64,000 bases of DNA from Octopus sinensis (taxonomy: Eukaryota). Location: positions 23,312,001-23,376,000 of the forward strand of contig NC_042999.1 in NCBI RefSeq assembly GCF_006345805.1, in the 5' to 3' direction. The notes below the pieces were generated by a model. That model was not told where the DNA came from and did not search any database. It saw only the letters and a list, made by a program, of their open reading frames with translations. The position numbers were made by a program, and so were the translations under genes. Of this stretch, positions 50,627-60,660 are shown piece by piece (position 1 is the stretch's first letter; each line of letters begins with the position of its first letter).

Positions 50627-53600
50627 GTGTGTGTGTGTTTGTTCCCCTAGCATTGCCTGACAACCGATGCTGGTGTGTTTACGTCCCCGTCACTTAGCGG
50701 TTCGGCAAAAGAGACCGATAGAATAAGTACTGGGCTTACAAAGAATAAGTCCCGGGGTCGATTTGCTCGACTAAAGGCGGTGCTCCAGCATGGCCGCAGT
50801 CAAATGACTGAAACAAGTAAAAGAGTAAAAGAGAGAGTAAAGAGTATATACTAAAAATTACTATACTTACTCATTGTATTGTAAATGGTCTTTCTTTTCT
50901 TGAGCTTCTCGATCAAAGCCCAACAGTAAAATATTGGTGAAAAACGACTGGCGTAGTCTTTGCTGCTGTTCATTCACTCTCAATTTCTTGATTGCACTTG
51001 GCTCCTTTGAAATTAAGAAATGGAATTATTTATGATTATGCTACTACACATGGTACACACTAAGTTATTGTAGATGTTGAACAAGTGTTGTCAGCTCTGT
51101 TTGAGCAGATCTATACCATAGAAGTAATTTTTTTCTTTTTAACCCTTTCGTTATTGTATTTATTTTGAGATGCACTGTGTTTCTTTCAATTACTTTAAAT
51201 ATAACAAAGAATTTAGTAAAATAACTTAGTTATCATTCAAGTAGTGTTAGGATCATAAATTATGACTAAGGTTTGGTGGAAGATTTTAGTTCAAAACTTA
51301 TGGAAACAAGACATTTGTAATACAGAGGCAGTTTCTGCAGGGTTGTTATCGAAAGAGTTAAGAATTGTTTCTCTATTATATATTTTAACCCTTTTTGTTA
51401 CCATATTTCCGTTGAGATGCTCTGTGTTTCTTTCAATTAATTTTAAATATAACAAAGAATTTAGTAAAATAACCTAGTTATCATTAAGCTAGTGTTAGGA
51501 ACATAAATTGTGACTAAGGTTTGGTAGAAGATTTTAATTCAAAACTTATGAAAACAAGACATTTATACTTAAGAGCCAGAGCTAGTTTCAGCCGGGTTGG
51601 TAATGAAAGGATTGAAGGACTGAATATCATGGTGTGGAGGAAAACAAGACGATGATAATGAGTTCTAGAGAGTAGCTGTTCAAGGAAAGAAGCTATTAGA
51701 ATAAAAGGGTTTATGAATAACAGGAAACTCAACAGAGAAATGATGCACCAAGGAAGAGAAGTGGGTTTCAGGCGGGTTGCCTTGATGCACCAAGGAAGAG
51801 AGCCGGTTTCAGCTGGGTTGGTAAAAAAAGGGTTAAGCATTCAGATTACTTTGTCAAATGTAATGCTTGTATATTCACATTGTTTTGAATTAATCATGCT
51901 TTATCTCCATAGCTTTGAGATGTCAATGATGCAATTGTTTACTTTAGGAATTTTAATGTAGGGTAGGTGCAAGGGGCCAGATCTGGTTAGTTGCAAGATA
52001 AAACAAAGCAGAATATTTTGGCTGGATATGACCAGATTAAATGCTAAAGGGTTAAACTTTTAGCCAAGGGGAAGGCACATGACCTAGTGTTTAGTGTTGT
52101 CTTCTCATCATCATTTAACGTCCGCTTTCCATGCTGGCATGGGTTGGATGGCTCAACTGAGGACTGGCAAGCCAAGAGGCAGCACCAGGCTCCAATCTGA
52201 CCTGGCAAGGTGTCTACAACTGGATGCCCTTCCTAATGCCAACCACTCCGAGAGTGTAGTGGCTGCTTTTAAGACTGTGAGTTCAATTTCTGAACCAGGC
52301 AGTGCATAGTGTTCATGAGCAAAACACTTCGTCTCACATCAGTTTAATCTATTCAGCTGTAAGTGAGTAACCCTACAAGACATTGGTATCCTGTTCAGGA
52401 AAAATGGCGTGACCCCAGTCACTTATATGCTGTAAAAACTGGGTAAAACTAGCCTTATGGGTCCCAGGATTAGAGACAATAATGTTTAGGGCTTGATGGT
52501 GATAATGATGGGAGCAGTGCCTCTGAGATTGGTGGGGAAGGAGGTATCTCCAAAGTGGTAACATGGCCAGAATCCTTGCAACAGAGAGGACACCACCAAA
52601 GACATCTGATGGCAGTGCTGAACTGGGAAGTGGTTGTCTGTTATTCAAATAGGTCATGGCAAGATTTAAATTCAGAGTGCAAAGAGCTGGAACAAATACC
52701 ACAAGGTATCTGCTTTAATGTTCTTACAGTGATATTGATCCACAGTCTTGGATTGATACTGTTTTATTGATCCCAAAACTATGAAAAGGAAAGCTGACCT
52801 CAGTGAGAATTGAACACAGAACACTAAGTTGGAACAGATACAACAAAGTATTCTATCCAACACTCTAACAACCCTGCCTACTTGACTGACTAAAGTATTT
52901 GCTTGGTTTATCCAACCAAGACCATCTCCGTCTTTCTTAAGGACATCTTATTCTAAGATTTAAGACTTAAAATATAGCACCAGTTTTAAACTTGATAGCA
53001 AAGAGGGTTTACTTTTTTTTAGGGGAGAGAGAGAGAGGCAGCATATGAATTACGTGCTTCACTGAATAGATCAATCAGCAACATGTGATTGATATTGATT
53101 TGACATATTCTAAATTAACGACAAAGTAGCAGTCAGATGACATGCATAGGAAGATTTATATAGATATTTATATTTCATTTATATTTCATACCATTTATAT
53201 ATATACTAGTACTATGGCCTGGCGTTGCCGGGTCATAGTATTAGTGCATGCATATATAGCTGCGTGCATGCACACATACACGCAAGTACTGTCCAAATCT
53301 CCGATCACTCACATACAGCTAGCTGGCATTCAATCGGCATATCAAGTTTTGGGCATTTTGATTGGGTTTTAGACAGAAAATTCACAAAAAAGTCACTTCT
53401 ATTGATTTTTTTAATGGCTTTGCGGGGTGACTGGGGAAATGTAAAGATGTGCATGACCACCCTTGGATGGTTTTGAATGACCATAGAAAGTGCGAGCCCT
53501 CTAACTGAAAAATTGTGGATTTGTATAAAGGACACGCACGCAGACATTTTGCCGTTTATATATTTAGAGATTTCGTACCATTTTCAGACGTCTTCAAGCC

Positions 53601-56600
53601 GATCAAATAAAACATCACAATGTAATGCTATGAGTAAAATAGTTCATACCACAGTGAAAGTACTGTAGCACCCACTTGCTTTAACATATTAATACATTCC
53701 CATTCAGAATGAAGATGAATGGCTCAATGGTTAGAGCATCAAGCTCACAATCATGAGGTAGCGAGTTTGATTCCCGGGCCGGGCTGCGTGTTGTGTTCTT
53801 GAGCAAGACACTTTTATTGCATGTTGCTCCAGTTCACTCAGCTGTAGAAATGAGTTGCAATGTCACTGGTGCCAAACTGTATTGGCATTTGCCTTTCCCT
53901 TGGATAACATCAGTGGCATAGAGAAGGGAGGCTGGTAAGCATGGGTAAATGCTGGTTGTTGATAAACAATCTTGCCCAGCAGGGAAATTTTCTAGGAGCA
54001 ATCCCATGGTCATTCATGGCTGAAGGGTGTCTTTTTACATTCCCATTATTATAGGTAACTTCAATGGTTGGAGCAGCTTAATGAAAAAATGGGTTCTTTC
54101 TTTCTTTTGTATGTGTAGGGAACTTCATACCAAACCAGGCTATTTTCAAGGACTATAGGTTGTGATTTCAGAAAAATTTGGTTGCTATTTCTAGCAGATG
54201 AACCAGCCATGTAAATATAGATAGGACAATAGCTGAGATTTGAGCAAGATACGGTGACCATTTGTACCAGGATTATATTATCCAATATCTCACTTTCAAG
54301 ATAGCAGGCCAACAGAAGCAGCAGAACCACTTTATCTTAATTTGTCCTTTCTTATCTAAAACAGTGAGTGATTTGAGGGTGATACAGCTACTGTTTGCAG
54401 CAGGTGTACTATCATGTAAACATACATAAGGCAGCATGCTGTGATTTGAAGGTGATCTGGAAGATCCTAGGCATAAACAGGATATGCAATTTTGTTTCAA
54501 TTTGTCTACCTAGTTTCATTAAACACAAGCTTGCAAACACACACATTTCACACTCTCTTTGTTTTAATGTCCTCTACTGCATGCTTGCATGGGTTGGGTG
54601 GAGTTAACTGAGTTTGATTTTCTATGGCTGGATACCCTTCCTGTCAATAACACTCACCTTTTTCTAAGTATCCTTTATCTTTTACTCGCTTCAGTTAGTT
54701 GACTGTGGCCATGCTGGGGCACCACCTTGAAGGGTTTTAGTCAAACAAATCGACTTCAGAACTTATTTTTTTCAAGCCTAGTACGTATTTCAACAGTATC
54801 TTTTGCCAAACCGCTAAGTTACAGGGACATAAACACCAATACCAGTTGCCAAGTGGTGGTGGGGAACAAGCACAGACAGTAGCTGTGTGGTAAGAAGCTT
54901 GCTTCCCAACCACATGGTTCTGGGTTCAGTCCCACTGCATGGCACCTTGGGCTGGAGTCTTCTATAGCCCCAGGCTGACCAAAGCCTTGCAAGTGGATTT
55001 GGTAGATGGGAGCTAAAAGAAACCTGTTGTATGTTTGTGTGTCTGTGTTTGTCTTCCACCACCACTTGATAACTGGTGTTGGTGCATTTACATCTCTGTG
55101 ACTTAACAGTCCAGCAAAAAAATGTCCAATGGAATAAGTACCAAGTTTAAGAAAATAATTATAGAAATGGAAATTGTAGTTGTGATACCTGTGCCGGTGG
55201 CACGTAAAAAGCACCATCTGAACGTGACCAATGCCAGCACTGCCTTGACTGGCACCTGTGCCGGTGGCACGTAAAAAGCACCAACAGATTGTGGCCATTA
55301 CCAGCCTCCCCTCGAACCTGTGCTGGTGGCACGTAAAAAGCACCCACTTCACTCACGGAGTGGTTGGTGTTAGGAAAGGCATCCAGCCGTAGAAACACTG
55401 CCAGATCAGACTGGAGCCTGGTGCAGCCTTCTGGCTTCCCAGATCCCCGGTCGAACCGTCCAACCCATGCTAGCATGGAAAACTGATGTTAAACGATGAT
55501 GATGATGAAGTTGCTGTATTTGACTAAAATTCATCACGGTGCTACGCCACATGGCCACAGTCTAATACTGAAACAATTAAAAGGAAAAAGATAAAGGAAC
55601 TAGTTTTGTCTTTATTAATTTACCGTTTTATATGTAAGTCAACGCAAAGGTTCTTACATAAATCCATCTTTTGTCTTTTGCTTGTTTCAGTAATTTGATT
55701 GTGGCCATACTGGAACACTGCCATGAAGGGTTTACATCATCATCATCATCATTTAACGTCCGCTTTCCATGCTAGCATGGGTTGGACGATTTGACTCATG
55801 GAGTGGTTGGCATTAGAAAGGGCATCCAGCTGTAGAAACACTGCCAGATCAGACTGGAGCCTGGAGCAGCCTCCTGGCTTCCCAAACCCCGGCCGAACTG
55901 TCCAACTCATGCTAGCATGGAAAATGGACGTTAAATGATGATGATAATACTTATTCTATCAGTCTCTTATGGTGAACAGCTAGTTTATGGGGATGTAAAC
56001 AAACTAACACTGGTTACCAAGCAGTGGGGGAGGGCAAACAAAAACACACACATCAGCTGGTATTTGCTTGGTTATGACGACAAGGGTTCCAGTTGATTGG
56101 TTGAATGGAACAGCTTGCTAAGGAAAATAACGTGCAAGTGGCTGAGCACTCCACAGACATGCGTACCCTTAATAAGGTCCTCAAGGAGATCCAGCATGAC
56201 ATGGAATGTGACAAGGGTACCCATGTCTGTAGACTGCTCAGTCAGTTGATGTGTGCTTTTGTGTTTGTCCTCCACTGCTTGGTAACCAGTATTGGTTTAT
56301 TTACATCCCCATAAATTAACAGTTCCAAGTAGGAGACTGATAGAATAAATACCAGAGTTTAAAATTAAAAAATAAATACAAGAGTCAACTGAATTACAGG
56401 TACAACTCATTTTTACCAGCTGGGCAGACTGGTGCAATGTGAAATAAAGAGTCTTGCTCAAGGACATAATGAACCACTGAGAATTGAACTCACAACTTTA
56501 TGATCATGAGCCAAATTCTCTAACCACTAAGCCATGTGCCTACATATATGTATATACACAATAGGCTTCCACAAAGTTTAGGTTTACCAAATTCAGTCAC

Positions 56601-59600
56601 AAAGTTGTGGTTGGCCCAAGGCTATAAGAGAAGACACTTGCCCGTGGTACTGCACAGTAGAACTGAACACAGGACTGCATGATTGGAAAACAAGCTTCTT
56701 AACCACATATCCATGCTGAATACTTTAAGAATGGGAGGTTTTGCATATAAGAATCAAGAGTAGTTTCAGGTGGGTTATAAAAAAAAAAAAAACGGTTATT
56801 CTCATCATTATGGGAATGCCTTGAAAAGTTCATGGGCAAAGCACTTTCTCTACTAACTTTTTTTGGATCTTTTCCTTTTGAATGGCAGACAATTTTTAGT
56901 TAACTAAACACTTTAAAACTTCGTATACTGGTAGAATGTGTCAAAATAAAACATTTTTTTCTCTTGGCTTTCTTGAGAAAATTGTAATTTGTTTGTTTAA
57001 CGTAGTTTAATTTTTCGAATGTTAACCAATCCTATGCTCTCTTTTGAGCTAAAATCATTTGCTGCGTCTAAAACTGAAACAACATCCAGTAACTAACCCT
57101 CCCCCTCCCCCTAGAGGGTGAGGGTTAGTTACAGGATGTTGTCTCAGTTTTAGACGCAGCAAATGTCGTTTACCTAAATGGAGGTAATCGATTGGTTAAA
57201 ATTGCTGAAATGCTTGGATTTTCAGACAAGTTATATTACATACTATAGAATTTTCTCAATAAAACCAAGAGAAAATGATGTTTTATAAACACATTCTACC
57301 AGTATACGAAGTTTAAAAGTGTTTAGTTAACTAGAAATTGTGTTGACATCTGCTGTTCAAAAGGAAAAGATCCCCCTTTTTTTATGTAGCTCACATGAAA
57401 GTAATGCTTTCAGAGCTGCAAAACTAACAGCATTAATTGACGGAACAAGGAAAGCAAGAACATAACAGGAGTTCTCAAAATGTAGGTTAAAAACAGGCAA
57501 TCTTCTGTGACATATTCTCTCTAAATGTCATATGAGAAGCAAGTTATATGACAAATTCATGTAAGAAGTATGATTCAATGAAAGCTGAAAAATAGAGCAG
57601 ATGGCCAATACAGAATACTGAAAAATAACAACTTGCCTTTGTTGCTAATGAATATTTTTTTCTAACAAGCTCACTGACTAAATGTGAACCAGCCACGACT
57701 ATGATTTCACGTGGCTTAACAGGTCTTCATAGACACAGCACATCGTCCAACACTAGAATGGTGCTTTTTACGTGCCAGTTACGTGACACTAGCATCAGAC
57801 ACAATTACAATCTCACTTGGCTTGAAGGGTCTTCTCAAGCATGGCATATCAGCAAAGGTCTCGGTCACTTGTCATCACCTCCGTGAGGCCCAACATTTGA
57901 AGATCGTGCTTCACCACCTTGTCCTATGTCTTCCTGGGTATAGCTCTTCCATAGGTTCCCTCCACCATTAGAGTGCAATACTTCTTCACTCAGCTGTCCT
58001 CATATGATACATCACATGACCATACCAGCGCAGTCATCTCTCTTGCACAAGTTGACAAACAAGTTGTCTGGAGCTCGTTGTGTAAAAGAAAAGTAGTTCT
58101 TCCGTGGTCACCAAACTCATTAACTACAGTTTGACAAAGAAAAATGGTACGTTAAACTCAAAGCTCACCCATAATAATTGTGGCAACAGCTGAGTATGTA
58201 TGGGAAGCAGAGAGTATGGGACAATCTGCATTCAGGTGCCATTTAAACTCTTTCCTTGATCATTCTAATCAATTTTCAAGGTGTTGCCTACTTTCTGCTT
58301 GTGCAAAATTCTTGGGGTACTGGATTGATACTCTGCCTGTGGTCAACATTGGAGGTCTACTCAATCTTGATGAGCTCTGCATCTCCATCGCACTCAGAGT
58401 GGGAGCTGACATCAGTAGGGGACTGAGATGTCACTGTGGTAGGCCCCTTGATCCCTCAGGTTTTCATGGCCATTTCATTCATAACACCAAGCTAAACCTG
58501 ATCATTAAGTGGGCCCTGGCTCAGATTAACATCCCCTCAGTTCTGGAGCTAGTGGGATTATCCAGAAGTGATGGAAAGAGACTAGATGGTCTTACCCTTT
58601 GTCTCTGTATTAGAGGCAGGCGTCTGTGACTCTTTTTGCTCTTTCCCACATCCTAAATGTTGCGCTAAATGGGAGGATCACTACTTCCATAGCTGAACAA
58701 CAAAACCCTGAAGATGGGACCACTAACCACAAAGTTCTTGTCATCACTGGCAGTTCACCTTGCCGAGATGATAGGGGGTACCTGTGAGGGTGCAAGGCTG
58801 TTCCATTGCCTTGGCCTCACCATTGCCCATGGTAATGCTGTGAGCATTGGTTCCATTGAGCCTTGTGGTGTGCAACCAACTGAAGCATTTGGTGTTGCCT
58901 TGGTGTTTTTTTTTCCTTTCTCTTTTGTAAAACTATATTAGTTTTCAAAATAATGACAGCAATTAGAATTCAATAAAAAATCAAAAATGATACTAGAACA
59001 TCTCGTTTATTATTTTTATCATAATTGGCCATCACTTGCCTTAGGTATCAGACATGTCAGATTCGTTCATTACTTTCCGTGAGTCATTTTGTGCATGAAT
59101 GCATGTGTTGTCAACTGTAAGCACATGAAATATTATCACTAATACAGCTTTTTCGATGTTGATCTCATTTTCTTGGAAATTTACGGATTTTACATACACA
59201 AATGAAGCATGTAAGAACGAACTCTAGCCGCATACACGTAAATACACAAAAATGCATGTATGCATTCATAACTCACATATTGTAAATATGCAAAGCTTTT
59301 TTCAAATTTAAAATGAAACATTGCTTTTGTTATCTACATTCCACACACATACATACAAAAAAAAATATGTATATGTATGCACGGTCTATATCAGGGGTCA
59401 CCAAATATTTTTCATGGTGGGTCAGATAATGATGAGAGAATGATGAGTGCGGGCCACATAACTATTTTGGCCAATACAGTACAGTGCATACACAAAAAAT
59501 AAAGATAACCGACATATTTATTTACCAAAAAGTTATCAAAGAAAGCTACGTTAGCAATAAGGTAGTTATATGATCCCCCAGTGTGCACATATCCGAATCT

Positions 59601-60621
59601 CACAAACTAAGCAGCAAAAAAGGTTTGTGAGATTTGTGAAACTGGTGTTTAGCTTTTAAGATATCATCAATATTTGCTTTGGAATTGCTGCATCCAACCA
59701 AGAGAACTGCGTTCGATGTGCTGACTTCACATACTTCAATTTTGAAAATGTTTGCTTATAGACATAAGTTGTTCCAAACACTGATGCCATATACCAGAGG
59801 AAAATGAACTCTCATTGCAAGTACTTACACAAAAGGTACAACGCGACGGCGGGCCAGATGAACTGACCTCGCGACCCGTAATTTGGCGACCCCAGGTCTT
59901 TTACGAAAGATAATGGGTGCGCGTGTGTGTGTGTGAATACAAATACATAAAACAGAACACGCTCGCACATACACACACGTACACCCATTAGCTTTCATAT
60001 ACAAGTACATACATAAATATACACACACACACACGCGCGCGGGTGCCCGTTTCTTTCCTCTTCCTCTTCGACACGTCATGAAACCAAAAGTAAATAAATA
60101 AAACGGCGACATTATTATTTAACTTGTGTAAACCATGATGCATCACATTGCCAGCAGAACATATGGAAGCACACCAGCGGTTCATGGATAAAAAAAAAGG
60201 GCGATCTTTCGTCTCTAGTAGACCTTTCCGTCGATTTCCGTAAAAAACTTCTATTTTTACATATGGGCTTGCGGTCCCCCATACCCCATCAAACACACAC
60301 ACACACATGTACATCAATGCTCCCATGCACGGTAACTTCAAAAGAACTTCCCTCGTCATACAATCGCTTTCTCTTAGTCTCTTTCGCTCTCATTACTTCA
60401 AAAGTTCCCGCAAGCCCATATGTAAAAAAAAAAAATTTTTTTACGGAAATCGACGAAAAGGTCTACTAGAGACGAAAGATTGCCAAAAAAAGTTGCGAAT
60501 ACTTTACCAAAAGTTCCAAGGGCTATCTATATCACGATGTAGGACTAAGAGAGGTTGCGTTCAGAATTAAAGAGAAGCTGAGAATGTAATAACTTAAGCC
60601 AACGCAACTGCCCTTTTAAGT

Positions 60622-60660
<39 letters not shown>

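Noticed and set aside
57637-57677. Possible GC-donor mini-exon in HAUS6 intron 1
   Set aside because: Available acceptors give 37 or 41 nt, breaking the phase 0-0 frame, and the polypyrimidine tract is weak.
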